From positions 2,589 to 66,588 of the forward strand of contig JBBQKF010000004.1 of NCBI GenBank assembly GCA_038326615.1: a DNA stretch of 64,000 nucleotides, read 5' to 3'. This DNA is from Saccharofermentanales bacterium (lineage in GTDB: Bacteria > Bacillota > Clostridia > Saccharofermentanales > UBA5734). Below, one piece after another: positions 26,405-36,748 of this stretch. Position numbers and translations under genes: made by a program. The notes under the pieces are model-generated. The model was not told the origin of the DNA. It made no database searches and worked only from the letters and a program-made list of their open reading frames with translations. Within the stretch, counting starts at the first letter, position 1. Each line of letters begins with the position of its first letter.

Positions 26405-28233
26405 GCAATACCTCCCATGCCACTATTTTTGTTGACATAAAAAGCTCTGATAATTTCTTTTGCGCAAGAAAATGAGTCATAGTGTTCTTGATTAATACAA
26501 GAGATACTTTCCCTCATAAGAATCATAAATTGTGTAATTATTGGTAAAGACAATCCATATTTGCTAACCTGTTCATTTGACTCGAAAATTAATTGCGGAG
26601 TATCACAAGCCATCTTCATTCCATCTTTCAGGACGAGAACTCTGTTTGCAAGTTTTGCGATATCATCCATGTTGTGCGATACCAAAATTACAGTAGTGCC
26701 GTTATCACACAATTGCTTCATAAACGCAAGTATCTCATCACGACCAGCAGGATCAAGCCCTGCCGCTGGTTCATCAAGAATTAAAATTTCTGGTTTCATT
26801 GCTAAAATTCCTGCAATTGCAACACGTCTTTTCTGTCCGCCGGAAAGTTCAAATGGAGATTTTTCAAGGATTGAAGTATCAAGTCCAACAATTTCAATAG
26901 CATCGTTTACTGCGTTCGTTATCTCATCATTAGTAAATCCAAGGCATTTCGGCCCAAATGCTATATCCAAAAAGACAGTTTCTTCAAAAAGTTGATGTTC
27001 TGGGTACTGAAACAATAGTCCCGTTTTTTTCCTGATTTCCCTGATGTTTGATTTTGAAGATGTTTCATAATTGAAAACAATTACTTTTCCTGTCTGAGGG
27101 CGAATCAAACCATTAAAGTGCTGAACTAGCGTGGATTTTCCAGAGCCTGCCTGCCCAACAATCCCAAAAAGCTCTCCCTTGTTAATTTCAAAATTAAGGT
27201 CTATGATAGCTTCGCTTGCAAATATTGTTTCTTTATTATATGTATAACTTAAATCCTGAACTCTTAGAACAGGCACAAGTTCATTGTTTTCTTTTTTACT
27301 GGCATAGTCGCTTAATGAGTTGCTTTTTGCATCTGAAAGTATATGTTTTGTTTTTTCATTTATAAATTGATTATTTAAAATCGCTGATTCACATATTCTT
27401 GTGATTTCAGCAACTGCTTCTTCCTGCTTGAATGCCATTCCTGGGATTAAGGGTACATTTAAATAGTCTGAAATAATTTGTGTTATTTCAATATGAACAG
27501 GTACATCAAGTCCTTCGCTTCTCAAAAGAAGGAGATCATCAAATACTTCCCTTGGAGGTCCCTGTTTAACAATTTTTCCCTGTGACATTATATAAACGTA
27601 ATCAGCGAGAATTGCTTCCTCCATATGATGAGTAATATTAATGACAGTCATGTCATTGTTTTTGACCAATGAGGACACTAGATTCATGAGGTCCTTGCGA
27701 CTCAAAGGGTCAAGCATTGATGTTGCTTCATCAAGAATGCAACATTCAGGATTCATTGCAAGAATTCCCGCAATTGCAAGTTTTTGTTTTTGCCCACCTG
27801 ATAAAAGATGTGGTGCAGTTTTCTTCTTAAGCTGTAACCCGACTATATTAAGTGCTTTGTCAATTTCGACTATCATTTTTTCTCTTGGCATGCCAAGATT
27901 TTCAGGGCCAAAAGCTACATCCTCTTCAACCGTCGTACCGATAATCTGATTATCAGGATTTTGAAAAACAATTCCGCATTTTCTTCGTATTTCCCATGCG
28001 CTGTTTTCATTAATTAATGGAATTCCATCAACAATCACAGTTCCCTTTGTAGGAACTTCAAGCCCGTTAATAAGTCTTGCAAGCGTTGATTTGCCTGACC
28101 CGTTTCTTCCTAAAATCGCAATGTGAGATGCTTTAGGAACAATCATAGAAACATGGTCAACTGCAGTTAGTGATTCAAGACCGTTTATTTTGTAATCAAA
28201 ACAAACTTCGTTTAATTCAATAAATTTTTCCAT
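26401..28233 (-). CDS. ecfA: Fused ECF transporter ATPase (EcfA1-EcfA2 in one polypeptide, about 610 aa)
   Basis: Two full ABC cassettes. The first has GRNGSGKST, LSGGQKQKLAIA and ILDEATSMLD. The second has GQAGSGKST, LSGGQKRRVAIA and ILDEPAAGLD. A linker of about 45 aa joins them. I moved the start to ATG 28233 (MEKFIEL), which follows AGAGGA. Confidence 0.9.
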   Translation of the reverse strand: MEKFIELNEVCFDYKINGLESLTAVDHVSMIVPKASHIAILGRNGSGKSTLARLINGLEVPTKGTVIVDGIPLINENSAWEIRRKCGIVFQNPDNQIIGTTVEEDVAFGPENLGMPREKMIVEIDKALNIVGLQLKKKTAPHLLSGGQKQKLAIAGILAMNPECCILDEATSMLDPLSRKDLMNLVSSLVKNNDMTVINITHHMEEAILADYVYIMSQGKIVKQGPPREVFDDLLLLRSEGLDVPVHIEITQIISDYLNVPLIPGMAFKQEEAVAEITRICESAILNNQFINEKTKHILSDAKSNSLSDYASKKENNELVPVLRVQDLSYTYNKETIFASEAIIDLNFEINKGELFGIVGQAGSGKSTLVQHFNGLIRPQTGKVIVFNYETSSKSNIREIRKKTGLLFQYPEHQLFEETVFLDIAFGPKCLGFTNDEITNAVNDAIEIVGLDTSILEKSPFELSGGQKRRVAIAGILAMKPEILILDEPAAGLDPAGRDEILAFMKQLCDNGTTVILVSHNMDDIAKLANRVLVLKDGMKMACDTPQLIFESNEQVSKYGLSLPIITQFMILMRESISCINQEHYDSFSCAKEIIRAFYVNKNSGMGGIA

Positions 28234-28340
28234 TCTATCCTCTTTGGAAAAAGGGACTACCCCGAATTTCCGATAATAACATAACATGCATATATAATAA
28301 ACATTATTTATTGAGATTTGGCAGTCAGTTATTTTCATTT

Positions 28341-28500
28341 TCGTGTTACATTTTTTGTATCATGTTACATTTTTTATTTTCGTGTTACACTTTTTGTTGT
28401 CATGTTACATTTTTTGTTTTCATGTTACATTTTTTGTTTTCATGTTACATTTTTTGTTATCATGTTACATTTTTTGTTTTCATGTTACATTTTTTCATAT
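28341..28500. repeat. Tandem repeat, 8 x 20 bp (CATGTTACATTTTTTGTTTT)
   Basis: Units start at 28341, 28361, and every 20 nt up to 28481, in exact 20-nt register. Each contains the 9-bp palindrome ATGTNACAT. The array lies between the rplQ terminator and the ecfA start. Confidence 0.97.
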
Positions 28501-28607
28501 GATAAATTGATTTGTATTTACTGTTTTACTACCCATTTTATATTCAGTTCTGTAATGTTCAATTTAAAGTTAATGCCGATTGAACAAATTTTATTACCAA
28601 ATTAAAG

Positions 28608-28634
28608 CAAAAAAGGGACGAGTCTCCCCGTCCC
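28608..28634 (-). terminator. Intrinsic terminator after rplQ (end of the ribosomal supercluster)
   Basis: GGGACG, an 8-nt loop and CGTCCC, followed by T6 on the minus strand. Confidence 0.8.
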
Positions 28635-28655
28635 TATATGAGTGTTTTTCTATGC

Positions 28656-29180
28656 TTAAACCAATTCCAGAATTGCCATTTCGGAAGCATCACCTCTGCG
28701 TGTTCCTAATTTAATTATACGGCAATATCCTCCAGGTCTTCCGACATATTTTGGTGCAACCACGTCAAATAGTTTGTCAACAGGGTTTAAAACCTTGCCT
28801 TCACCATCATGACTCTTGCGCAGCCAGTTCATCATTTTCTTCCTTGCTGCAAGTCTTGACGGGCTATCAACCTGTACAAGTTCTTCTTTGATTTCTCTTT
28901 CAACAACGTCATATTTATTGCCGTTCTTGGATGTTTTAGAAACCAATACTTTGTGCCCTTTTGAATCTAATTTAGCAGCTGAAACTTTAATTTGCTTTGT
29001 AGAAAAATTATCTTTTTCTTTAATCGCCAATGTAATAAGTTGCTCAGCTATACGCTTAACTTCTTTTGCGCGAGCCTCTGTTGTTTCGATTTTACCATTT
29101 AAGATAAGGGTTGTAGCCATCCCCTTCAGCATTGATAAACGAACGTCAGATGGACGGCCAAGTTTTCTGTTTGCAGGCAT
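28656..29180 (-). CDS. rplQ: 50S ribosomal protein L17 (expanded, 174 aa)
   Basis: Conserved N- and C-terminal L17 blocks (RKLGR...; [15 protein letters not shown]) are separated by an internal insertion of about 55 aa. Confidence 0.95.
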   Translation of the reverse strand: MPANRKLGRPSDVRLSMLKGMATTLILNGKIETTEARAKEVKRIAEQLITLAIKEKDNFSTKQIKVSAAKLDSKGHKVLVSKTSKNGNKYDVVEREIKEELVQVDSPSRLAARKKMMNWLRKSHDGEGKVLNPVDKLFDVVAPKYVGRPGGYCRIIKLGTRRGDASEMAILELV

Positions 29181-29218
29181 TGTATGAAACCTCCTAATTC
29201 GTTGAAGCTTTACTCAAA

Positions 29219-30172
29219 TTATTCTTCGATAAACGCAAGAGATAATCCAAGTTCTTCTAACTTTAATATTACTTCTTCAAGAGATTTTTTACCGAGGTTA
29301 CGGACTTTCATCATGTCGTCCTCTGTGCGGGCAACAAGGTCGCCTACGGTATTAATTCCTGCTCTCTTGAGGCAGTTGTAAGTTCTTACTGAAAAATCCA
29401 AATCTTCAATAACAGTGTCAAAAACATGGTTTTTGACTTTGCCATCATCAACATCTTTGAAGCTTTGTCCACCAACTGTTTCTGTCAATGCCTGGAATAA
29501 TCCAAGGTGATCACACAGAATGCCAGCGCCCAGACTTAAGGCTTCACTAACTTCGATTGTTGAATCAGTCCATACTTCGATTGTCAATTTGTCGTAATCG
29601 GTAAATTGTCCGACACGGGTATTCTCAATTGAGTAATTCACTTTCTTTACAGGAGTAAATATTGAGTCTATTGGAATAACACCGATTGGTTGGTTTGCCC
29701 ATTTATTACGTTCAGCTGTATTATATCCTCTTCCTTTGTTTAAGGTTAATTCAATAAACAGTCTTCCTTCGCCATTCAATGTGGCAATTACATGATCCGG
29801 ATTCATAATCTCGACTTCTTCATCGCGAACTATGTCCCCAGCCGTAACCACTCCGGATCGACCCTCCTCAGTACTGATATAAACAGTCTTAGGTCCGTCA
29901 ACATGAAGTTTTGCACGAATGCCTTTAACATTAAGGATAATCTCAGTCATATCCTCGATTACGCCTTTAACGGTAGAAAATTCATGAAAAACATCTTCAA
30001 CTCTGATTGCGGAAACAGCAGCTCCCGGCAAAGAAGATAAAAGAACACGTCTTAAGGAATTCCCTAATGTCATTCCATATCCTCTTTCGAGTGGTTCGAT
30101 GACAAATTTTCCGTATGAACCATCTTCATTTTTTTCAAGACATTCAATTGCGGGCTTTTCTATTTCAATCAT
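29219..30172 (-). CDS. rpoA: DNA-directed RNA polymerase alpha subunit
   Basis: 317 aa with canonical N-terminal and C-terminal domain sequence, in the expected position after rpsD. Confidence 0.97.
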   Translation of the reverse strand: MIEIEKPAIECLEKNEDGSYGKFVIEPLERGYGMTLGNSLRRVLLSSLPGAAVSAIRVEDVFHEFSTVKGVIEDMTEIILNVKGIRAKLHVDGPKTVYISTEEGRSGVVTAGDIVRDEEVEIMNPDHVIATLNGEGRLFIELTLNKGRGYNTAERNKWANQPIGVIPIDSIFTPVKKVNYSIENTRVGQFTDYDKLTIEVWTDSTIEVSEALSLGAGILCDHLGLFQALTETVGGQSFKDVDDGKVKNHVFDTVIEDLDFSVRTYNCLKRAGINTVGDLVARTEDDMMKVRNLGKKSLEEVILKLEELGLSLAFIEE

Positions 30173-30226
30173 TTTATTCCTCCTTCGTATCCGTAACCTT
30201 ATAACATTATGCTACAAAGCTATGTG

Positions 30227-30841
30227 TTACTTGGAGTAGAGCTCTACTATAAGGTGTTCCTTGACTTCGAGATCTACATCTTCTCTTGACGGTAATTGTA
30301 CTAAAGATCCTGTCAATGTCTCTTCGTTTAAAGTAAGCCACTTTGGAATAGGTCTCCCTGCCAAATGCTGAAATTTAATAGATGATCTCGACTTTTCTCT
30401 TAGTGCAATTTGATCGCCTGCTTTGAGAAAGATTGAAGGAATATCTACTTTTTTCCCATTAACAGTAAAGTGCCCATGATTTACCATTTGTCTTGCTTCT
30501 GCTCTTGAAGCTGCAAAACCCATGCGATAAATTATGTTATCCATACGCAGTTCAAGAAGTTTAAGAAGATTTTCACCGGTCTTACCCTTCATTGTGTCTG
30601 CAGTCGCATAAATTTTACGGAACTGTTTCTCAAGTATTCCATAAAATCGTCTTGTTTTTTGTTTTTCACGAAGCTGAACTCCGTATTCTGATATTTTTTT
30701 TCTACCTTGGCCATGCTGACCGGGAGCAAAACTCCTTCTGGCAATGGCACATTTCCCTGTATAGCATCTTTGACCTTTGAGGAAAAGCTTTTCGCCTTCC
30801 CTGCGGCATAGTCTGCACGATGCGTCCGTATATCTAGCCAT
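30227..30841 (-). CDS. rpsD: 30S ribosomal protein S4
   Basis: 204 aa starting [16 protein letters not shown]. Confidence 0.97.
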   Translation of the reverse strand: MARYTDASCRLCRREGEKLFLKGQRCYTGKCAIARRSFAPGQHGQGRKKISEYGVQLREKQKTRRFYGILEKQFRKIYATADTMKGKTGENLLKLLELRMDNIIYRMGFAASRAEARQMVNHGHFTVNGKKVDIPSIFLKAGDQIALREKSRSSIKFQHLAGRPIPKWLTLNEETLTGSLVQLPSREDVDLEVKEHLIVELYSK

Positions 30842-30858
30842 TTTTTACACCTCCGGAA

Positions 30859-31263
30859 TCAGACTCTTCTTCTCTTTGGCGGTCTGCAGCCATTATGTGG
30901 GATTGGCGTAACATCTTTAATAAGTGTTACATCAAGACCTGTTGTTTGTAATGCTCTTATAGCAGATTCTCGTCCGCCACCGGGTCCCTTAACGAAAACT
31001 TCAATTGTTCTCATGCCATGGTCCATTGCTGTCTTTGCAGCAGCTTCTGCGGCCATCTGAGCGGCAAACGGAGTTCCCTTACGTGAACCCTTCATGCCCA
31101 TCCCACCGGCACTTGCCCATGAAATTGCGTTTCCGTTTGGATCTGTAATTGTTACAATTGTATTATTGAACGTAGAATGGATATGAGCAGCACCGTGATC
31201 AATATTCTTGCGTTCTCTTTTTTTTGGTCTAGCAGCTGTTTTTTTAACTGTTGCTTTTGCCAT
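30859..31263 (-). CDS. rpsK: 30S ribosomal protein S11
   Basis: 134 aa with canonical sequence and operon order. Confidence 0.97.
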   Translation of the reverse strand: MAKATVKKTAARPKKRERKNIDHGAAHIHSTFNNTIVTITDPNGNAISWASAGGMGMKGSRKGTPFAAQMAAEAAAKTAMDHGMRTIEVFVKGPGGGRESAIRALQTTGLDVTLIKDVTPIPHNGCRPPKRRRV

Positions 31264-31275
31264 TTCACGGCCTCC

Positions 31276-31644
31276 TTACTTTTTCTTTCCTGCCATTGTA
31301 CGCTTTGGACCTTTTCTTGTCCTTGCATTTGTCTTTGTTCTCTGCCCACGGACAGGAAGACCCATTCTGTGTCTTCTTCCACGATAGCAGCCGATTTCTG
31401 TAAGTCTTTTGATGTTTAACGCGATTTCTCTGCGTAAATCTCCTTCGACTTTATAATCGTTATCTAGTGTTTCTCTGATCTTGGATATTTCATTTTCCAC
31501 AAGGTCTTTGACCCTAGTGTCTGGATTAATACCGCAAGACGTAATGATTTTAGTTGAAAGTGTCCTACCAATACCATAAATGTATGTGAGTGCAATTTCT
31601 ACTCTCTTGTCATTCGGTAAGTCCACTCCGGCAATACGCGCCAT
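31276..31644 (-). CDS. rpsM: 30S ribosomal protein S13
   Basis: 122 aa starting [10 protein letters not shown]. Confidence 0.97.
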   Translation of the reverse strand: MARIAGVDLPNDKRVEIALTYIYGIGRTLSTKIITSCGINPDTRVKDLVENEISKIRETLDNDYKVEGDLRREIALNIKRLTEIGCYRGRRHRMGLPVRGQRTKTNARTRKGPKRTMAGKKK

Positions 31645-31734
31645 TTGCTTCCACCTCCATAATTCGACAGGTTACCCTATATTATCAAACACGCGTTGGG
31701 TGCATCTCTCAACATTAGCTGTTAAACTTACGTT

Positions 31735-31756
31735 AAAAAAAGGCAGCCGCCCCTTT
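31735..31756 (-). terminator. Weak hairpin plus U-run (attenuator or partial terminator) between rpmJ and rpsM
   Basis: On the minus strand it reads AAAGGGGCGGCUGCCUUUUUUU. The GC stem is short, with G-U and A-U extension and a T7 run. Confidence 0.35.
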
Positions 31757-31807
31757 GCATGTAATCTTCGCTTTGGGTTTCTCGTTTGTCTTCGTTCTTT
31801 GCTCTTC

Positions 31808-31921
31808 TTAACCTTGTTTTTGTTTGTGTTTAGGATCTGAACATATTACCATAACACGTCCTTTGCGTCGAATAATTTTACATTTTTCGCACATTGGCTT
31901 CACTGATGGTTTCACCTTCAT
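31808..31921 (-). CDS. rpmJ: 50S ribosomal protein L36 (zinc-binding form)
   Basis: 37 aa, [37 protein letters not shown]. The RBS is AAGGAGG. The track ORF is over-extended at its 5' end. Confidence 0.95.
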   Translation of the reverse strand: MKVKPSVKPMCEKCKIIRRKGRVMVICSDPKHKQKQG

Positions 31922-31995
31922 ATTAAAGACCTCCTTGCACCATATTAAATCACCGAAATGAATTAAAACTGCACTTAATAAGCGCATGCTAAAGT

Positions 31996-32023
31996 ATTTT
32001 ACCAAATTCTGAAATAAATGCAA
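31996..32023 (-). promoter_or_regulatory. Candidate internal promoter upstream of rpmJ
   Basis: On the minus strand: TTGCAT, a 16-nt spacer and TAAAAT with TGG upstream as an extended -10. Confidence 0.4.
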
Positions 32024-32128
32024 TAGTTTTTTTGAAAATTTATCGTTATTTTGCAATTATTTTCTAAATCTAGCCCGTTTTCGCTTTTTTGTGCTGATTT
32101 TTCATCCTTTAGCCTGATTTCGTTACTT

Positions 32129-32347
32129 TTATTTTGCTCTCCAGGTAATTCTTCCGCGTGACAAATCGTAAGGGGATAATTCAATAGTTACCCTGTCACC
32201 TGGAAGGATTTTAATATAGTTCTGACGAAGTTTACCTGATATGTGCGCTAAAACCTCATGTCCATTCTCAAGTTTTACTTTAAAAACGGCATTTGGCAAA
32301 GCATCATCTACAATACCTTCTACTTCAATTACATCTTCTTTTGACAT
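32129..32347 (-). CDS. infA: Translation initiation factor IF-1
   Basis: 72-aa S1-like protein with canonical sequence. Confidence 0.97.
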   Translation of the reverse strand: MSKEDVIEVEGIVDDALPNAVFKVKLENGHEVLAHISGKLRQNYIKILPGDRVTIELSPYDLSRGRITWRAK

Positions 32348-32386
32348 GAATGATTCCTCCTCTTCTTAATTATACCTTTATTTAGA

Positions 32387-32704
32387 TCAATAATCAGTTA
32401 AATTTAAAAACTCCTCGATAAGTTTTCTTATCTTCTGATTCTGTTCTTCTTCTTTTTTTAATTCGTAAATCTGTTTTATACAATCAGATGGACTTTCAAT
32501 TAGCCCTAAAACCTTGATATGACTAACTCTTTTGATTTTTGGATTAATAAACGATCTCTTTGTGCCGTCAGCAACAGTTGAAACCTTGTTGTTAACCTTC
32601 AAAACAATATAAACTCTGCCAACATCATGTCCTGCAGTTGAAATGGCAATGCATCCTGGCGTAATTCCATTATTCCTTATGATTTCGAGTACTGTATTAT
32701 CCAA
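32387..32704 (-). CDS. KOW-domain RNA-binding protein (the small protein commonly found between map and infA in Clostridia)
   Basis: 105 aa with a KOW-like STAGHDVGRVYIV motif, in the conserved position. Confidence 0.8.
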   Translation of the reverse strand: MDNTVLEIIRNNGITPGCIAISTAGHDVGRVYIVLKVNNKVSTVADGTKRSFINPKIKRVSHIKVLGLIESPSDCIKQIYELKKEEEQNQKIRKLIEEFLNLTDY

Positions 32705-32760
32705 ATATTATACCTTTCAAAGTCTTCTACAAATTCAGCTTAAGCAATAAACCGATTTAA

Positions 32761-33522
32761 TTACAACATAGACATTGTTAGAATCAAAGGGCCATCTTTC
32801 GTCGCTACTACAGTGTTTTCATAGTGTGAAGATGGTTTACCATCCACTGTCACGATTGTCCATTCATCTGATAATATATTAATGTTGCGAGTACCCATGT
32901 TAATCATCGGTTCAATGGCAATTACAAGACCTTCTTCAATTCTAAGGCCCCTGCCTTCAATTCCATAATTAGGCAAATCAGGATCTTCATGAAGATTCCT
33001 TCCAATTCCATGTCCTGTAAGTTCTCTGACCACACTATACCCATATCTCTCAGCATGCCTTTGAATCGCCGCTGACACATCACCTAATCTGTTACCAATC
33101 TTCATCTTTTCGAGGCCCTTCCAGAAACACTCTTCAGTAATTCTTATTAAGTTAGCAATATCAAGAGAAACCGCTCCGACAGTAAAAGTTCTTGCTGCAT
33201 CAGAATGAAAGCCTTCAAGTTTTGCACCAACATCAATGCTGACCAAATCGCCGTCTTTTAAGAGACGTTTACGGTCAGGAATGCCATGAACAACCTCGTC
33301 ATTTAGCGAGCAGCATATGGCACCAGGAAATGGCGGGTTACCATAATGAAGGAAAGAAGGTATTGCATTATAACTTTTGATCACATGCAATGCCATTTGA
33401 TTTATATCCCATGTAGAAACACCTGGTAGCATCATTTCTTTTGTATGCGCCAAAACTTCAGCAACTATCTTTCCTGACTGTCTAATAAGTTCAACTTCTG
33501 ATTTCGATTTATAACGAATCAT
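32761..33522 (-). CDS. map: Type I methionine aminopeptidase
   Basis: 253 aa with metal-ligand blocks (DVGAKLEGFHSD, HGIG, EPM). Confidence 0.96.
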   Translation of the reverse strand: MIRYKSKSEVELIRQSGKIVAEVLAHTKEMMLPGVSTWDINQMALHVIKSYNAIPSFLHYGNPPFPGAICCSLNDEVVHGIPDRKRLLKDGDLVSIDVGAKLEGFHSDAARTFTVGAVSLDIANLIRITEECFWKGLEKMKIGNRLGDVSAAIQRHAERYGYSVVRELTGHGIGRNLHEDPDLPNYGIEGRGLRIEEGLVIAIEPMINMGTRNINILSDEWTIVTVDGKPSSHYENTVVATKDGPLILTMSML

Positions 33523-34180
33523 TTTCCCTCTTTATTTTGCCGGAAATCGCATCCATTATGAATGCTACACTTTTTTCCATTCCTTGCTGATTATCAACAT
33601 GCAGAATTAATCCTTCATTTGCATAATATTCAACAAGCGGCTGTGTCTTAGTGTGATATGTTTCTAACCTCTTAATAACCGTTTCTTCATTGTCGTCATC
33701 TCTTTGGACCACAGAGCCACCACAAACATCACAGATTCCTTCAGCCCTTGGCATTTTATATTCTACATTATATGTTTGACCACATTTTGAACAGACTCTT
33801 CTTAATAAAAGTCTACGAATAATTATTTCGTCATCAAGATTAAGATTAATTACAGCAGCAAGTTTCTCATTCCTTACTGCAAGAGATTCATCAAATTTGA
33901 TGGCCTGTTCTGTTGTTCTTGGATATCCGTCAAGAATAAATCCATCTTTACAATCCGGTTGTTGAATTCTGTCCTCAACAATCCTATTTGTTAAACCATC
34001 AGGAACCAATTCTCCCTTGTCAATGTATTGCTTTGCAGTTTTTCCAAGTTCGGTATTATCACGAATATTTTGACGGAAGATGTCTCCAGTTGAAATTGAT
34101 GGTATACCAAGTTTATATGAAAGTGGTTGGGCAATTGTTCCTTTACCAGAGCCTGGTGCACCGAGTAATACTAATTTCAT
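33509..34180 (-). CDS. adk: Adenylate kinase (zinc-lid form)
   Basis: P-loop GAPGSGKGT and a lid with CSKCG...CDVCGG. I moved the start to ATG 34180. Confidence 0.96.
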   Translation of the reverse strand: MKLVLLGAPGSGKGTIAQPLSYKLGIPSISTGDIFRQNIRDNTELGKTAKQYIDKGELVPDGLTNRIVEDRIQQPDCKDGFILDGYPRTTEQAIKFDESLAVRNEKLAAVINLNLDDEIIIRRLLLRRVCSKCGQTYNVEYKMPRAEGICDVCGGSVVQRDDDNEETVIKRLETYHTKTQPLVEYYANEGLILHVDNQQGMEKSVAFIMDAISGKIKRENDSL

Positions 34181-34270
34181 TATGAATCCCACCCTTTCAT
34201 GAATTTATTCTATTAAATGCGAATAAGGGCATCCATTTAAGGACACCCTTGTTCATTATTAATTATTCCA

Positions 34271-35575
34271 TTAATCCAAGAAGCCTTTATAGTGTCTCAT
34301 CATCATTTGTGATTCAAGCTGATTTACCAGATCAATTGCAACCCCGACCAGGATAAGAACAGCTGTACCACCAAACCACAATCCCGGCATCTTAGTTATT
34401 CCGCCAAGGATAATTGGGAGTAAGGTGATGAGGGCTAAGAAGACTCCGTCAAACCATGAAATCTTATTTGACACTTTTGCTATAAAATCTGATGTTGGGC
34501 GGCCTGGACGAATACCGGGAATAAATCCGCCGTTTTTCTGAAGGTTGTTGGAAACTTCCATAGGATTGAACTGAATCATCGAATAGAAGAATGTAAATCC
34601 AAAAATCAAAAACGCATATATTACATAGTAAAATGGATTGCCAGTAAAGTCTTTAAAAAACACTATTATCGGATTTGTGCTATTTGCCCAGAAAAACGAA
34701 ATCAATGTTGAAGGGAGTGATACCAGCGACATCGCAAAGATGATTGGGATAACACCTGACTGATTGACTTTAATTGGCAAATATGTACTTTGGCCGCCAT
34801 ATAGTTTTCTTCCGACAACTTTCTTTGCATATTGTATTGGAATTCTGCGTTCAGCTTGCTGAACCCAAATAACTCCCACAAGTACTGCAAGGAAAACAAC
34901 CACAACCCCAACCACGAAAAGAATCGGAATAATGAGATTGTTATCTGACAGTGACTTTGCATACTGATAAAGTGCATCCGCAGCTTTAGGTGCACGGGAT
35001 ACTATACCAACAAAGATAATTAATGATATACCGTTTCCGATACCATGTTCATTGATTTGTTCACCAATCCACATGATAAAAGCAGTACCGGCAGTGAAGC
35101 TTGCAATTACCAAAAATGCATACAAAACTTCCATTCCTTTAAAGGAGGCAGACATTGCAGCTCGTGTTCCATACCAAAGGGCTGTAGCTTGAAGTAATCC
35201 AAGAGCGATTGTAACATAACGTACAATCTGCATAATCTTCTTTCTTCCTTCTTCTCCTTCTTTTTGCATTCTTTCGAGAGATGGAATTACCACAGTCATC
35301 AGCTGCATAATAATCGATGCATTGATGTATGGAGTAATGCTCATTGCAAATATTGAAACAGTAGAAAGGGCACCACCTGAAATTGCGTCAAATAGCTGAC
35401 CAAAATTACCTAACTGACTAACAAACATACTATTAAATTTCAAGATGTCAACTCCTGGAACAGGTATTGCACATCCTATACGATAAACTATAAGAAGACC
35501 AATGGTAAACAGGATTTTCTTACGAAGATCCTGAATTTTAAAGGCATTCTTTACGGTATCTAACATTCCTGCCAT
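34271..35575 (-). CDS. secY: Preprotein translocase subunit SecY
   Basis: 434-aa protein with 10 TM segments and canonical sequence. Confidence 0.97.
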   Translation of the reverse strand: MAGMLDTVKNAFKIQDLRKKILFTIGLLIVYRIGCAIPVPGVDILKFNSMFVSQLGNFGQLFDAISGGALSTVSIFAMSITPYINASIIMQLMTVVIPSLERMQKEGEEGRKKIMQIVRYVTIALGLLQATALWYGTRAAMSASFKGMEVLYAFLVIASFTAGTAFIMWIGEQINEHGIGNGISLIIFVGIVSRAPKAADALYQYAKSLSDNNLIIPILFVVGVVVVFLAVLVGVIWVQQAERRIPIQYAKKVVGRKLYGGQSTYLPIKVNQSGVIPIIFAMSLVSLPSTLISFFWANSTNPIIVFFKDFTGNPFYYVIYAFLIFGFTFFYSMIQFNPMEVSNNLQKNGGFIPGIRPGRPTSDFIAKVSNKISWFDGVFLALITLLPIILGGITKMPGLWFGGTAVLILVGVAIDLVNQLESQMMMRHYKGFLD

Positions 35576-35577
35576 AC

Positions 35578-36027
35578 TTATACCTCCTCGGCCAAGCCGC
35601 CAGTCTTCTCAATTTTTTCTTTTGCACCAGCTGAAAATCCAGCTGCTCTAACTGTAAGTTTTTTGGTTAATTCTCCGTTTGCAAGAACTCGAATTCCATC
35701 CATTGCACTTGAGAAAGAAATAACACCAGTATCCTTTAATAGTTTGGCATCAACAACCGTACCATCATCGAATCTTTCGAGATCGCAAACATTAACTTCA
35801 ACAAATTTACATGCAAAATTTTTGTTATTGAATCCTCTTTTAGGAATACGTCTGAACAAAGGCATTTGACCACCTTCGAAACCAAGACGAACTCCACCGC
35901 CTGCACGTGCATTCTGACCTTTATGTCCACGTCCGCCTGTTTTACCGTTTCCTGAACCTACTCCACGGCCTTTACGAAAGGCTACTTTGCGGGCTCCAGC
36001 AGAAGCAGTTAATTCATTAAGCTTCAT
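35578..36027 (-). CDS. rplO: 50S ribosomal protein L15
   Basis: 149 aa with a Gly-rich N-terminal half. Confidence 0.97.
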   Translation of the reverse strand: MKLNELTASAGARKVAFRKGRGVGSGNGKTGGRGHKGQNARAGGGVRLGFEGGQMPLFRRIPKRGFNNKNFACKFVEVNVCDLERFDDGTVVDAKLLKDTGVISFSSAMDGIRVLANGELTKKLTVRAAGFSAGAKEKIEKTGGLAEEV

Positions 36028-36041
36028 ATCCGTACTCCTCC

Positions 36042-36221
36042 TTATGCTTGTTCTACTTTGACTAAGTGAGTAACAACTTTAATCATGCCAAGTGTTTGGG
36101 CATTATCCTGTTGTTCCACTGTATGTCCGATTTTAAGCAACCCGAGAGCTTTGATGGTTGCCTTATGCTTTTTCAAAGAGCCACTGGTGCTCTTGATCAA
36201 AGTAATTTTTAAAGTTGACAT
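36042..36221 (-). CDS. rpmD: 50S ribosomal protein L30
   Basis: Missed by the ORF track at 59 aa. My translation is [59 protein letters not shown]. It sits in the expected slot between rpsE and rplO. Confidence 0.93.
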   Translation of the reverse strand: MSTLKITLIKSTSGSLKKHKATIKALGLLKIGHTVEQQDNAQTLGMIKVVTHLVKVEQA

Positions 36222-36236
36222 AAATGAGCACCTCCT

Positions 36237-36731
36237 CTATAAGATTTCTTCTACTGTTTTACCACGAAGTCTCGCAACTTGTTCTGGTGAACGAAGTTTT
36301 CCAAGGCCTTCCATAGTTGCGTTAACCATGTTATTAGGATTGTTAGATCCTAATGACTTAGTACGAATGTCTTTAATTCCTGCAAGTTCAAGAACCGCAC
36401 GAACTGGTCCACCAGCTATAACCCCGGTACCTTCTTTAGCTGGTTTCAATAAAACTTGTCCTGCTCCAAATTTTCCGACAATCTCGTGTGGGATTGTTGT
36501 TACATTAAGCGGAATTTCTATAAGATTTTTCTTTGCATCCTCAATTCCTTTGCGGATTGCATCTGGAATTTCAGCAGCTTTCCCTAATCCTTTACCTACA
36601 TGTCCATTCTCATCACCAACGATGACAATAGCAGCAAAACGGAAGTTACGTCCGCCTTTGACTGTCTTTGAGACACGTCCGATGTGGATCACTTTCTCTT
36701 TGAGATCGAGTGTATTTGCATCTATACGCAT
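36237..36731 (-). CDS. rpsE: 30S ribosomal protein S5
   Basis: 164 aa with canonical sequence. Confidence 0.97.
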   Translation of the reverse strand: MRIDANTLDLKEKVIHIGRVSKTVKGGRNFRFAAIVIVGDENGHVGKGLGKAAEIPDAIRKGIEDAKKNLIEIPLNVTTIPHEIVGKFGAGQVLLKPAKEGTGVIAGGPVRAVLELAGIKDIRTKSLGSNNPNNMVNATMEGLGKLRSPEQVARLRGKTVEEIL

Positions 36732-36748
36732 TACGTTTCCTCCTCCGA

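Noticed and set aside
28341-28500. The possibility that the 20-bp, 16-bp or 5-bp arrays are CRISPR arrays.
   Set aside because: The repeats are directly abutting with no spacers, the units are too short, and there are no cas genes in the window.
28311-28605. Two overlapping plus-strand ORFs (63 and 95 aa) with repetitive FFVFMLHFLFSCY-type sequence.
   Set aside because: They are read-throughs of the 20-bp tandem array. The unit length is not divisible by 3, so the frames rotate. There is no RBS, and the region is the promoter gap of a minus-strand operon.
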